DNA of 64,000 nucleotides, taken from assembly GCA_003971905.1 (NCBI GenBank), contig RSEE01000109.1, positions 124,001-188,000 of the forward strand, given 5' to 3'. The DNA comes from Moniliella sp. 'wahieum' (taxonomy: Eukaryota). Both the position numbers and the translations under genes were made by a program. Below the pieces are notes generated by a model, which saw nothing but the letters and a program-made list of their open reading frames with translations, made no database searches and had not been told where the DNA came from. Below are positions 25,493-38,736 of the stretch, piece by piece (position 1 is the stretch's first letter; each line of letters starts with the position of its first letter).

Positions 25493-26613
25493 CTAAATTT
25501 CCCGCCAGGGGTGGGAGAACTTGGGAGAATCCTTGAGGCGCCAGAGCAACTTTTTCTTACCGTCGCGTCCCTCGGTCCAGACGTGGAGAGCGTTGATGGA
25601 CTTGAAGGAGCGGACAAAGCGCGGGTCCCACAGTTCAGATGCGATGCCCAAATCCTTACAGCAGCGCATGAGCGCATTGGACTTGGCCCCCTCCGCGGCG
25701 GTGGGGATACCATTAGGATCAAAGTAGTGCTGCTCACCACGTGCGATCGATACCAGTCGACCGAGACAGAGCAGTGCCCATTCCCGACTCACCACGCGCG
25801 CCGACACGACGCTCTGCCCCGCGGAGCGAGGCCCCAGCCCCCAGGTCCGAAGGCTCGGTTGAGGATACGTCGATACTTGATCTCAGGCAGGTAGAGTAGT
25901 CCGTCTGGAGAGGGGGAGTGAGGAGTTAGTTGGCCGGGAGCACGTGGATGGGAGGGCTAGGGATGGAACATAGCAGGGAATGGCAGGGAATGGACAAATT
26001 CACATACCAGGTGTGATCTCAATGTCTTGGGGATTGACGGGCGTCATGAGCACCTCGGCAATCTCGCGCGAAAAGGGTTGTTGGGACAGGCCGGAAAAGT
26101 CGGAGGTGAGCCAGTCGGGGTCTAGGGCATGGGAAGACGCTGGCTGCGTCTCGACAGGGCCGGCTGGGCTGGTAGGCACAGCAACGGCCTGGCTCGGGCC
26201 GGGCGAGGAAGAGGAAGTGGAAGAGGAAGTGGAAGAGAAGAAGAAGAAAGTGGGGGGAAGACCGAGCGGGAGGGTCATCAGGGGCAACAGCAGGGCGCAA
26301 CTCTAGGCAGGAGCAGCTTTTCGCCGGCGCAACGAAGAGGAGGAGGAGGAGGGGGAGGGGGAGGATGGGATGACGAGGAAGTGGCGGTGGTGGCAGGAGT
26401 AGCGGCGGCTCGAGGAGCAACAGGGGCCTTAGTCTTGCGGGACGAAGAGGCAGAAGGAGAGAGGGCAGCGGCAGCGGCAGCGTCAGCGTCCTCGGCGGCA
26501 ATGCGGGAGAGGGAGGAGGCGTCGCAGCGGCGGGCGGACGTGTGGAGCGTGCGGAGAGGCGCGATGGAGGCGATGGAGGCGCAGGGGCGCGGGTGAAGCA
26601 AACGCAATGCCAT
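25493..26613 (-). CDS. MGM101: Mitochondrial genome maintenance protein Mgm101 (Rad52-like)
   Basis: Presequence-like N-terminus. DIEITP, intron 25905-26007, then [30 protein letters not shown]...ARGEQHYF...[26 protein letters not shown]. Confidence 0.95.
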
Positions 26614-27231
26614 GGCCGTCGTCCAGCCGACTTACTCTGCCAAAAAGAACGGCGGCAGCGCAAATAGAACAAAGTGGCCCACGCCGTCTTCTAATGATTC
26701 CTCAGCCTGACAGGCGTCTGACATGACGCACCGCTGACTGTCCACTGCCTGTTGCTCGCGTAAGCACCCGCTGCGTCGGGGTCCAGCGCTCTGTTGCGTC
26801 ACGTGACGCGTCAGGACTCCAACTCAGCACTCAAGCACCGAATCTGATTCCCGAGCCGCCGCTGGCTGCTGCTGGCCTTCCGCACCTATACTCTACCCAC
26901 CGCTGTCACCATTAGCCCAAATGTCGTGTCATCATCCATGGCGTCCGTCGGCACATGTGCATCGTCAACTCAGTCAACATGGGAGAACAAAAGCAAGTGG
27001 TATCCAATAGAATCCAGCTTCGGGATGCCCCTGTGGAGCAAGGGAAAAGACCATGCGGTCCGACAACCTGTGTTGGAGGGCGAGGCGGGGCTGAGCGAAG
27101 CGCAAGCCATGCCATCTGCACCAGCAGGGCATAGATCAGCAGTACACACACGATCCGCCATCCGCGTCCCAGCGCAGTGCGCCCACTGGCCCAAACGTTG
27201 CCCGCTGCCCGTTGCCCGGCAGGCTGGAGCC

Positions 27232-29226
27232 TCACACCACCTTGGCTGGCGACCCAGTAGGTGTATGCAGCACGTCCGACACGGCCTCCTGACCTAGCTC
27301 TGGCTCCTCGTTGCCCTCGACCACGAGGCCAGTGGGCACGGGCTTGCGCCGCGTGCGAGCCAGCACCGAAGGGGGCAAGGAAGCGCTCAGTTCGGAAACG
27401 TCCGCATCCGCCTGACGTAGTTCCTCTTGCGTGACGCGCGCGCGCAAGATGGGGGACCAGGCTGCGTCGCGCTCTGGCCGCAGCTGGGGGGGACGCTCCG
27501 CCTCTACCTCTGCCTCGTGGGACAGCAGAGGGCGCGGGAAGAGCGCGACGGAAACGGACTTTTTCACGCCCCGCTGCGCCGAGGTAGAGGCCAAACTTAA
27601 GCCTAAGCCTGCCCCGCCCACACCGTACAGGGAGGTGCGCATCGGCTGCCGGTCCACATGCTGCCGGCTCGCTGTCGAAAGGGCTGCGCGTACCGAGCCC
27701 CAGCGCGCTCCGGCTCTTGGGCGGGCCGGGGAAATCGACATTGCGCACCCGGGGCGGGGGTTGGATCACTTGGCTCGGATCAATGTGTGCGCGCAAAGGT
27801 GGGCTCTGGGCTAAGAAGGAGGCAGTAGCAGATAGCACCGGGTCGGGGCTGGCCGCTGTCCTCACGGGGTTGGTGGCTGACGTGGACGGGACTAGACAGG
27901 GGCGAGGTGTGAGGTGTGGGAAAGAAAGGGGGATGTGCGCGGGTTGAAAGCCACCGGCCAACGCTCTTGCGCAGCACGTCGGGGTGGACTCGGATGCGGA
28001 CACGGGCACTGGGTGCGCGGGGGCGGTGACCAGGTATCTCTGAACCGAGCGGCGAGCTCAGTGCGAACCAGAGAAGGAAGAACCGACTTCGACCGTTCGA
28101 GCACCGGGGGCACCATGGTCCATTCCCACCACTTGGGTCGCTTCGAACACCTTGGCTTTGCCCCGGAACACCTTGGCGCGCAACTCTTCGTCCAGCCCCT
28201 CCTCCGAGCCACCAGATCCCTCTGACGAACTTTCGTCTTCCTCGTCCTCCGACCCATGCACAATCGACGTTTGCGGCGTGGATACGGTGGGCCCGGCCGT
28301 CGGAGCCACGGGTACCTCCGAGACGCACCGTGTAGATTCGGGCGGACGCTCCACATCTGGAATGGGATCGACCGTGGTGCCTGATGGAGCCTCCAACTCT
28401 GCGTCCTCATGACTGGGAACAGAGGGAGGGATGGGAGGGATAGGTTGGGTAGGCGTGGGAATCTCAGCCGTAATAGGTTCGACCGCCGAGTCGTGGGGAT
28501 TGGGACGGTCGGAAGGCTGTTCGGTATCTGCAAAGGATGGAAGGGCCGGCTCGGGAGCAGGAGGATCAAGGCTCGGAGCCTCACCTTGCACCGGCTCACG
28601 TGCAAGGGGCGGGGGAAGCGAAGAGGTCAACGTATCTTGACGCGGAGCCTCCTCCGAGGTTGCATACGACGGTCGCGCGCCCTTTGGGTGGGTACTGGGG
28701 AACGTGTGGGCTGCATGGTCATGGGCAAACTCTGGCGGCAAGGGGGGAACGGGGGGAGGTGGGTTGGGGCTTCGCTGGCTACTGGTCGAGGCTCGTTTGG
28801 CATGGAACAGGTGGGAGACGGAGCGCATCACTCCGGACGAGGCAGAGGGGGCGGCGAGGGTGATGATGAAAGAAGGATCGGATGCTCTTGGCGGAGGATT
28901 TGTGGGACAAAGGGGGTGCTCCAGCGGAGGCGATGGGTGTTCAACTGGCACGGCCGAGGGGGAGAGGCGCGGCATGGGCTCGGTCGTGGTCGGCGGGCGT
29001 GGGAGGGTGGGGAGGAGGGGGCAGGTGCGGTCGGCTGGCTGGGGGCAAAGATCATGGCCAAGTCGGTTCCGCCCGACCAGCGGGGGGCGGTGCTTGGTGC
29101 GGGGTGCACTGCTGGGCTCGTCGGGGGGCGCAGGCGCGGGCGGAAGAGGCTGCTGAGGCGGCGGCGTGCCGAGGGGGCAGCAGGTGGGGGGAGCGCATCT
29201 GCCGTGGCGGGGAAGGGGACACTCAT
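27232..29226 (-). CDS. Hypothetical Pro/Ser-rich disordered protein; frameshifted, 3' end uncertain
   Basis: ATG at 29226 in ACCATG context (MSVPFPATADALPPPAAPSARRRLSSLF). Overlapping minus-strand ORFs 28058-28975 and 27232-27741 have coding-like composition. No recognised domain. Confidence 0.5.
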
Positions 29227-29888
29227 GGTGGAGAGGCCGCGTGGTGGTGGTAGGATAGGATAGGATAGGATAGCAGGGTGCGTATTACAAAAGGAGCATC
29301 CGAGGAGCTGAGTTGGACAGTCGGACCGAGCGGTGGGGGCGTGTGCCGGGCCAGTGCCTGTGACATGTGACTGAGATCTGAGCCCCAGACCCAAGAGTGG
29401 CGCCACCAGTAGCCATTCCCACACGCGCTCCCGGCGGCATTCTCTGCCGCCCGCGCTTACCTCAGCTGGCTGTCACATGTCAGCGCCACCGCTGCAATTT
29501 CAACCAGGGGTGATGTGATGGGGCTGCGACACGGCCGGACAGTGCTTGTGTACAACATCATCTCCCCTGCCCACCCCCACCGGCGTCTCCACCGCACGCA
29601 GGCTGGGGCACAGCGTGCGCACAGCAGCGGCGGCAGGCGTGGTGGCTGCTACGCGCTACGCTTGCGCCACGCCATGCGCTGAGCCCAACACACCAATGCA
29701 TGCATCTCCTCTCTTCCCCCGCCCGCCCATATCCCCGCTCTCACAGCACCCGCCTCCCTCCTCTCTACTCCCCCAGGAAAGCGCGGTGTGGTACAAGCGA
29801 GGCACCGCGCGTCGGCCCACGCGCACCACCCACTCTCGCTTGCGTGCCTGGCCCACCGCCACCCCCCTCCGCCCACACACCTGCCACC

Positions 29889-32795
29889 ATGCCCTCCGCC
29901 ACCCCCCACCCGCTCCGCCCCCATGCACCCGCGCACCACCGTCGACTCCTTCTTCACCGCACCCGCCCCCTGCAGGCCGCACGCCGAGGCACGCAAGGCC
30001 CTCGAACGCGCCTCCTTCATCCCCCTCCAGCACCTCGCTCCCATTACTCAGGCACAGGTCCCCACCCTCCTCCCCCACCTTGGGCCGGCGGCTCGTTCCT
30101 CGACGACCAGTATGGCCTCTTCTTCCCCCAGGCTGCACACCGTGCTGGCAGCCCTCAACGCCCCCCTGATGAAGGCACAGCCCACCCGGCCTGGATCCTT
30201 CTTCTCCGCTCGGAAAGCAAGGAGGTGCATGCAGCGTGCTATCGCGGCACAGTCGTCGCCGTCAAGCACCTCTGCCCTTCCCATCAGGACCAGCGAAGGG
30301 CTTGAGCATATCTGCACCCACCGCAACTCCTTGATGCAAGAAACCCGCTTCCTCAGTCGGCTACGACACCCCAAGCATCGTCCAGCTCATGGGCACTACC
30401 CCGCTCGGCTTTGAGCCGGCATTGGTCCTGGAATACGTTGGACCCTCGCTAGGGAGCTGCTGGGAACGAGTGCGTGTACCTGCATCTCCTCATCCTTCAT
30501 GCATGTCAACGCCCCAATAGGTGAAGCTGACTACAGACTCAGTTGGCGTTGGATCTGGGCGAGGAGGCGCGCGCGTTTTTTCCTGGCATACACGCGCTCA
30601 CTTGGCACTGGATGCAGCGCTGGGGCTGTCCTACTTGCATGGCCAGGGATTGGTGCATGCCGCCCTTGATCCATGGGCCATGCTGGTCTCTTTTCCGGCT
30701 ACCACGATGGGTAGGGCGAAGCTCAAGCTGACTGCATTCTCTTCGCTCGCTCCTTCCCTGAAAACGACCACTTTGACAACTCATCAACAGTACGTGTCGC
30801 TAGTAGCCGTCTTTCCCTCACACAAATTCTGATCCCTTCTCTTATACATATAGTGTCCAAGGTACTCGTCAGACGCTATATATGGCACCAGAAGCGAGGG
30901 CTGCAAGGCCAAGTGGGAGCAAGCAAGATGGCCTACATGGAGCCCAACCATGATTTGGGGCCAACCATCCCCTTCCATCCTCGCAACAGCAGCAGAGGTG
31001 CAGACACAGAGTTGCCGAGAAGCGAGATGATGAACCGGCGGAAGCGGTGATCGGACAGAGGCCGATATGTTCTCCTACGGTGTGGTCTTAGCTTCCTCGG
31101 TGCCTGCATCTTGGCCTCAGAAGAAGATGGCATCTTGTCCATGAACCCGAGATGGGACCTGACCCGACGAGGTGCGCATCCGCATGCACGCCAATTTGGA
31201 CGCCACTACCACTCCCATCCTCCGTTGCGCAGGGCGGGAAACGCAGGCCATGCTTACCCGGTAGCATGATGGGCAGAAGCATCGGTCGCATGACCCGCAG
31301 CCTCTCCCATCGCCCCTCGGCAACAGAAGTGGCCTCGGCACTGCGTGCCATACTCCTCGAGTATAAGCGGTTTGACCTCACTCCCCCTACTGTTGCCTCA
31401 TCCGCTCCACGTTATGAGATGGCATCGTCCGCTCCGATTCCACTATACGTTTCCTCCTTACCCTGGGGTCGCATATGCACTACGACTTCCAAATCGATAC
31501 GAGTCGCTCGAGTCGTATGCGGCGCGCACCCCATCCGACACGAAACCCAGTACTGAACAAGCATTAATACTGCAGTCGGGGACCACTCGTCAACGCCCAC
31601 AATCTGCGGCCTTGGTTCGCCGTTGGAATCCCCCTTGGATGGCGCGGATGAAACGGTGGCAGAGGTGCTGGGGTTGCACTCCAACAATGGGAGTGTGTTG
31701 CTAGAACGTGTTCATTTCACTGAAGGCGACGAACTCCAAGAACTGTCGGGCTCTATCATCGATTCGTTTCCCCTGCCCATCGCCACTTTGGAAACGGGCG
31801 GAGCCTCATTTGCGCACGAGGACTTGGTGCCAACAGAAGATGGATGGGAGGCGACGAGGGAGGTCGAGTTCCTCCTGGGGGAGTTACTCTTTCCACCGTA
31901 ATCCCCGAGATGCCTGTATGGCCCAACGTATCCCTCTCGTCTGGGATTGAGGCAGAGGGCAGAGAGGTGGCATCACGATTCCCTACCCTGAGGCGAGAGA
32001 CGACGCCTGCACTCCCGAAGTGACCATAGACTGGACTGGCCCAAGCTCCAATTCCATGTCCCTTGCTATGGGGGAGTGCGATCGACTTGACCTTCTTGCG
32101 CTCTCCCCCAGACACAACCCCGGATCTGTTGGATGAAACACTCGATATGCCCCCCCTCGTCGTGCCTCCTCTCCCTCCCTGGCCGGAGGACGAAAGCGGG
32201 CTTTGGCCAGGCCCACTGGCGCTCTCGAGCCAGCGTTCTATCCCTCCCGAACAACAAAGTGACTACCGCGTCCCTCCCAACCAACCAACCTGCCCGAAGC
32301 GTGAAGAACAAGTTGTCCCAACCGTCCGTACTGGTCTTGCGGCACCCATCGCACCCGTCCGTACCGTCTCTCGGACACTCTCTTCCCGCCCATCCTCGCT
32401 CTTGTCCTTCCACACTGCCGAGGGGGACTGTACTACCCACTTTGGCCGCGCAACACATCAGTGATCAGTCCTCCAATGCGAGTCAGTTCATCCGCCACCT
32501 GCCTGGCGCCTGGACCTTTGATCCGCTCCCGCCCATCACCCCGCACCAACACCAACACGGCCTTCCATCCCACCGTCGCCGTCACCGCCGGATGGGCAGC
32601 ACCGCCTCCCTGGCCTCTGTTACCTCGGCCTTATCCTTAAACGGCATCCTGGCACCTGCCACCGCCACGCACCCCACCTCCCCCCTCTTGACACCTGCCT
32701 TGGCCGTCGTCCCCCCTGCGCGTCTGAAACGGGCTAAGAGTCTGGCAGAGGGGGCCTTGGCACAGGTGGCTGCTCGTGCTCCCCAGCGGGCCTAA
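29889..32795 (+). CDS. Tyrosine-kinase-like (TKL) fold protein, probably a pseudokinase, with a long disordered C-terminus; frameshifted
   Basis: YRGTVVAVKHL; QETRFLSRLRHP-IVQLMG; LVLEYVG; FSWHTRAHLALDAALGLSYLHGQGLVHAALD; KLKLTAFS; LYMAPE; ADMFSYGVVL; HRPSATEV. Introns 30470-30520 and 30790-30853. Confidence 0.75.
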
Positions 32796-33329
32796 CACCA
32801 TACGGAATGACTATGAACGATTTGGGGTAGGGTTTCTGGCCAGAAAGAAGGGGAGAGAAAAGATAGAGGATAGCATCAACATGCCATATAATCCGTTTAG
32901 AGAGAACACGAGAGCGCGGGCACAATGCTACGCCGAAGAGAGAGAAGAGAACGAGGAGGCGCTGCACTTCGAACCACACAGCAATTCTTCCACTTCACCC
33001 TCCGCCACAACCATGTCACCACTGCACCCCCTTTCGCTCGCTCCTCGGGGCCGCACGAAGAAGACCGGACAAACGTGCTCCCTCCACTCGCCTTTCAGTA
33101 CCTCTTTCAAGTGTGGCTACCCCCCCACGGTTGCTTGGTGCAGATCCTCGTGTACGTCGCACCACGCTACCTGCACACAAGCGGGACCTGCTGGCTTAGC
33201 GCCTCGCGTACCGTTTCTCTCGGTTTCCTCCTGCCACATGACCCATATCCTTTTCTGCCGCGAGGCGTCCTCAGCCCGCCTGGGATGGGGATCGGGATGG
33301 ACCGAACGAGTTGGCACGTTTGCGCGTGT

Positions 33330-34753
33330 TTACGTAGCTGCCTGGCCGGGCTGCCAAAACGCCGCGGCGCGCGAGGCGGCCACGACAGCCGCAGTGCCTC
33401 TCGCAGCGCCGCCATCTCCCGACCCGACAAGCCCAGCTCGGCCCAGGCTTCCGCTGCCGTCCCCGCGGGGTCGGAGGAGGCAGCCGAAGCAGAGCCAGCT
33501 GCAGCTGCAGCACCCGCTCCCGCACCAGCAGAAGCTCCCGCTCCAGCGCGCAGACGGAAGAAGGCCGTGCTGGGCGCCAGACGCGAGGTTGAGCTGGAAC
33601 GCGGCTAGGCGCGAGGCTGGGGCGGCGGCGTGGGCGCTAAGTGCCCGAGGGAGAGGGTGGAGGATAAGTTCACCTGATACGTCGGGTGCGCGACCGGAGG
33701 CCAAGTGACGTACTTGGACCCATACGTCTGCTTGGGTGCTTACCACGGCGCGTAGTACCGCTTCGTCCGTGCTGTCCACGCTGCCCTGCCCCCCGGCGAG
33801 CATGGTGTGCGTCACGTGTTGGAGCGTGATCAGCGCGGCGTAGCGCTGGGCCAAGAGCAAAGGGAAGGGGAAAGTAAGCGGGAGGGGGAGATAAAGTAAC
33901 CGACTGGAGGGTTAGTGGACTGTGGACTGGGAAGGTGCATGACGCCGCCCAAGCAAGTAGGATGAGATGGGTTGATGCAGCTGCTGGCTGAGCTGGCTAG
34001 GTTGCCTCCCCAACAACACGCCTCAACCAACATGCCTCACCAACACGCCTCAACTAAACTACCGACATACGTACCTCCTCACAGATCCGCGCGAGCGAAG
34101 CCACCCACATGGCGACCTCGTGCGCCAGGTCGAGTCTTCGCTGCCCGTGTCGGTGGCCAGTGCCCAGGTCAGCGCACTGAGGTCATCCACAATCACAATC
34201 CAGTCTGCCGACCAGTCCTGCTGCGAAGTTGAAGTTGAAGATGAAGATGAAGACGGAGATGAAGATGACGACGAAGAGGAAGACAGAGCAGCAGGCACGC
34301 CAGCGCCAACGGGGACGGGGAGGTGATGTTGAATGGCATGGTGGAGCGTGCGCCGCATCCCTCGCACTGGCGGGGGAAGGGGTAGTGATGAGATCCAGTG
34401 CATCGAGGTAGGTCAAGTAAGCGTCTTGGCGCTGAGCTTGGTTCAGCCACGCGGGGGGGAACCTGCCTTGTGGAAAGCGAGTGGACGTGAGCGCGTCCCT
34501 GCCCATCACACCCGACCCACAGTACGCGTCGGCGCTCGAGCGCGCACTGGGCCGAGCGGCAACGCCATCGGACCGCGCCAGTGCAGTGCCTGCGCCGGCC
34601 GCGAGGGGCGCGGCACAAGTGCCGCCTGGGCAAAGTGCGCCAGGACGAGCGTGGCCGGGTGGAGGTGAGCGTGTCGGTGGCGTGCACGTGGGCGCCAATG
34701 GGAGGCAGGTCGCTGTGCGAGGGAGAAGCTGAGCACAGGCGAGAGGTGGGCAT
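33330..34753 (-). CDS. ELP6: Elongator complex subunit 6-like; frameshifted, 3' end uncertain
   Basis: MPTSRL...; WIVIVDDLSALTW; intron 33846-34074 (GTACGT...CAG); RYAALITLQH...QADVWVQVRHLASGRAPDVSGELILHP, matching the Elp6 'L(A/S)SGR..DVSG' motif. Confidence 0.7.
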
Positions 34754-35217
34754 GCTGGGCGCGTGCTGGCGCTTGCGCTTGCGCTCCGGTCTATCGGCGA
34801 CGAGTCGGGAAGGGGGTGGTCAACTGACCCTCCAGCCTGAGCAAGAGCGGAGGTGTAGCTGCTGGAACAGCTTCACTTGCAGCGGCATCGGCTTGACTTG
34901 GGTTTTTTTTTTGACGCCCTGCCGGTGCGTTCAAATGTTCAGGTCGGCAGGTGTGTCTATGGCAACTACGGCGCGCGCTCCGCCACATACCCAGCGTACG
35001 ATCAAACAGGCGTTATTTTGGTGCCATGTCGGCGTGGCAGACAAACAAACAAAGCGTCGAAAGGGCACTGCAAGAACAGAAGCCACAATCCATCAATAGA
35101 AACACAGAACCGTGTCGGCGAGCCCAACCAGTGGGGGGACGGTCCCCGGTCGCAGCCACACTACGAGCAAGAGGCAACGTGAAACCTGAAACCTGAAGTT
35201 CGATCAGATCTCACATG

Positions 35218-36736
35218 TCACACCCGGGACGGCGCCAGGGCGCTGATGACATACGCCACGTAACATCCCAGCAGCGGCAGCGCCAGCCAGCGGTACGCGC
35301 GCACCGCCACCAGCCCCAGCGCGAGCAACACTGTTCCCATTGCACACAGCACATCCACCGCGCCCGTGCCCGCAGGCCAAGGCGGATACGTTCCGGCCTT
35401 GGACGGAGGGAGGACCAAGAGCGTGCCCCCCAGTCCGAGCAGGAGGAGCATGCTCCGTCATTGGCGCCAAACGCGAGCGACGACGCTGGGCCATGCGGCG
35501 CATCGAGCGGGACAAGGCCAAACGAAGTGCCTGGGCCACCGCCGGAGCCGCAGGGAGCAGCGTATGGGCCAAGGCGGACGTAGGGCGCAGCGCATGGTGC
35601 GCCGCCCTTCGTGCGGCATAGTCCGCTCCGTACGCAGCTAGCGCCAAGAGCGCCACCGCGGCCAGAAGGTTGATTCCGGCTGCGGCCAGCGCAAGCGCAC
35701 GGCTCGGCCGCCGTCGTCGGCTCAAGGTCCAGTGACTGACAAGCGCGTGCGTTCTGATGCCTCGGTCCTCCGACCTGCAGCCCGGGCAGGATGGGCGTAG
35801 GAGCGGATCCCGATCCGGCCAGAGGCAGCGGGGAGGCAGCGTGGACACTGGGTAGTCTGGTGACGCGACCGGGCACAGCGTCTGAGCCCGAGTCGGTGTC
35901 CGATCAGTTTCCGTCTCGGTTTCCGAGTCGGTTGTTGTTGCAAAGACCGCATCTGACTGGGCAGACTGGGCATGGGGGGCCAGGGACCTCGCCCTGCCCC
36001 GAAGAGGTAGGCAACGGAGCTCGTCGACTGGCGAGCCAGAAGTCGCCCACTCCCAGAAGGAGGGCAAGGAGCAGAAGAGTAAGTCCCGCACAGAGAAAGT
36101 AGACTCGGCCTGGGGTAGAGGGTTCCTCATCCCCCTGGAAAAGGGGAGCAATCGCAATGATCAGAACTGAGAGGACCGTGACGCCCACGCTACCAGAACA
36201 CTGTGCAGGGTGCCCGTCTGCCAGAACGGGGTCTCGGTTGGTGGACGGAGAGACAGGCGGCGGTTGCGCAACAGCCCGCCCGCTGCCCCGGCAGCAACGG
36301 GAGCGCAGCCGGCGCGGGCGCAGGTAAGGCCAGAGCCAGTCCAGGGAGAAAGAGCAGGTCGGCCAGCACACCACCGAGGATCACACCATACGCGTTGCCT
36401 GCGTCGCCCTCGACCAGCGCAGCCAAGGCCAAGGCGAGCTGCGCCAAGGCCAGACCCGAGCCGGCTGTCAAGTGGATCAGGAAGGCAGCCAGGCGGGATG
36501 GGGGACGGGCGCGGCGGGAGGATGGGCGCGGGGAGGGGCGACTAGCATGGCCCGAGGTAACAGGGAAGGTGGAGAAGAGGGCTGCCGGCACCGATTCGGG
36601 AGCGGCGAGCGTAGGCAGCAGCACGGCCACCGCCCCGCCGGCTCGTTCCAGCACCACGAGGGACGTGACGAGCACGGCCGAGTAGAAGACCAGGGCTGCC
36701 GTGGGAGGATTCGTGCGGGGCGTGCTGGGGTCCCAT
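35218..36736 (-). CDS. Polytopic membrane protein with degenerate Na+/Ca2+ exchanger (CaCA)-like two-repeat architecture; frameshifted
   Basis: About 10 hydrophobic helices in two clusters separated by an acidic loop (TTDSETETETD). HLTAGSGLALAQLALALAALVEGDAGNAYGVILGGVLADLLFLPGL resembles the alpha-1 repeat region. C-terminus LLGCYVAYV. Confidence 0.5.
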
Positions 36737-37522
36737 GGCGGGCGGATGGGAGCGCGGCGCTCGGCAGAGGGGAGGACGGAGGGGAGGTGAGGATGGTCGA
36801 TCGGGGCGCCAGCCAACGGCGTTCAAGCCGTCTCCCCCCGCGTGAATTTTTGAGTACACCCCCGTCGAAAAGAAAACCACCTGCGGAGGATGGGGCACGT
36901 GCGCAACCCTAGCCGCGTGTATTACGTCATTCCCATCCAGACACGCCTTTTGCTGGGTCTCGTCGATCATCGATCATCGGGCCTAATGTTATGTCCACGG
37001 TGAAGTATGGAAGAACAGCAGTCTCCCCCACAGACCGAATATGGGCCCCACGACTGAGCACGGGGCACGCGCCCTATCAGATACTGACAAACAAAAATGC
37101 TACCGAGTTCTTCCACCGCACATGACCAAGACATGCGTCTCTTCATGTGGGGGGCGCGGCGGGATTGCCGCCGCTTTCGTGCTGAGCCTTAGGATTGATA
37201 CTGAACCTGAATCCCATACTTTCCATCGGTTTGGTCGGAAAGAGAGGATTGAAACGCTAGGCGGTTAGTCGGAGCAGAAGATCGATGAACGAGACCTCAA
37301 CGAAGTGTGTGAGGTCTGAGATCTGGGGGATGAGATCGATGATAAAAAGGGAGAGAGAGACAGGGCGAGATGAAACAAAGGCGGTGGATTGTCTGTAAGT
37401 CACGAAGAGAAGAGAGCCATGGCTTCGTCACGTCTTTCCACTCCGTGGGCCAACAGCGAATGCGGCGGAGAGTAGCTAGTATAGCCTCAAGTTAGCCATG
37501 AGAGTATGGATGGGATTGCCTA

Positions 37523-37703
37523 TGTCACAGTCGGGGCTAAGGCGAGGGAGACCAGGATCGGACTAGGCCAAGGGGTGTAGCAATCGTTCGTGGGGAAGAA
37601 GCAAGAACAGAGGACATGGTGCGAAGTGGAAGGAACAGGGAAGGAGCGAGACGCTCGAGACGAAGAAATTGGAAATGGGAGCGAGATCAGCCAAACTATG
37701 ACA
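37523..37703. mobile_element. Miniature solo LTR (181 bp) with perfect 5-bp TSD GCCTA
   Basis: GCCTA|TGTCACAG...CTATGACA|GCCTA: TG...CA ends and a 7/8 terminal inverted repeat. A homologous copy lies at 45724-45913. Confidence 0.85.
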
Positions 37704-38389
37704 GCCTACTCACAGACCATGCGAGCAAACGCTAGTTCTCTTACGGTATTTATGGCTTCAAGTCAGACGTGTATATCTCAGCTCTCAGCACTGCCTTCCA
37801 AATGTCCGCTCGGTCTCTATGGTCTCCCCGTGTGCTTTTTCTAGATGGCGAAACACATTCTGTGATGGTTGCTTCCAAACCTGGATCGCACCTCGCTCTC
37901 ATAGAGCGCATAATCGCGTGGGACATTACCACAGTCACGGTGCCCTCTTGAGGCAATCTGGCAGCCACTCCCGCTGTTTCCTTCTGTTGTCGGGCCCAAC
38001 GTCGCTGACAGTGGCTCTGTTAGGGCCATTGGGGCTCTAGGGCTATTCCTACGTGTGGTGGAGTTTGGCGGCTGGGCAAAAGGTTGGAAAACAATCGAGA
38101 CGGACACTCGCGTTCTTGGCTCACCCCTTCACTTTTTCGTCTGATCCCAAGACTCCTCCGGTCTTCCGTCGTCCTTTCTCAACGGATAACGCTTGTGGCT
38201 TCGCTCCTCCAATGCAGGATTGTCCGTTCCCTCGATTCCTCCTTATAGTTGTCTCGTCGGGAGCCCTGGGCGTTAGGCCCCTCCCTACAACTCTTATTCC
38301 TAGCCATAAAACTCCTCTCCTTTACCAACGGATCATATACATCTCTTTGAGTACTTGATTCCTGCTCGTGTCTCTTCTTCCTACTCAAG

Positions 38390-38414
38390 TAACTAGTAAC
38401 TAGTAACTAGTAAC
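38390..38414. repeat. Heptamer tandem array (TAACTAG)x3
   Basis: taactag taactag taactag taac. Confidence 0.95.
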
Positions 38415-38670
38415 CCTTCACGAACCGGGGAACGCGGGACGCGATTGATGCATGACGCATGAGTACATGAGTGCTACAACTTCGGATTCGATGCTTGATG
38501 CAGGTGCCTGATAGCGTGACGATGATCGATAACGCGTGAGGTTGATGACGCAGTGACGGGACCCACACGGGTATTCATTCGTTCTAGCCACAACAACAGC
38601 CCCATCTCCATTCGATATTCGCCATTCCGTACTCAAGATTCCGTATTCAAGATCCAGAATCCACCCCATG

Positions 38671-38736
38671 CACTAGTCACTAGTCACTGTGACTAGTCGA
38701 CTACTCGAGGACCTGCAGCGACTAGTGACTAGTGAC
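38671..38736. repeat. Head-to-head heptamer arrays forming a 15-bp perfect inverted repeat
   Basis: CACTAGTCACTAGTC (38671-38685) and GACTAGTGACTAGTG (38720-38734), 34-nt spacer. Confidence 0.92.

Noticed and set aside
32776..33708. Plus-strand 310-aa and 227-aa ORFs after the kinase-like gene
   Set aside because: They overlap the antisense strand of the ELP6-like gene's 3' region and show no domain. Probably shadow ORFs, though the true ELP6 stop is unresolved.
37750..38107. Possible BED zinc finger or transposase relic (NVFRHLEKAHG on the minus strand)
   Set aside because: A single short motif with stops nearby and no transposase core. Unsupported.
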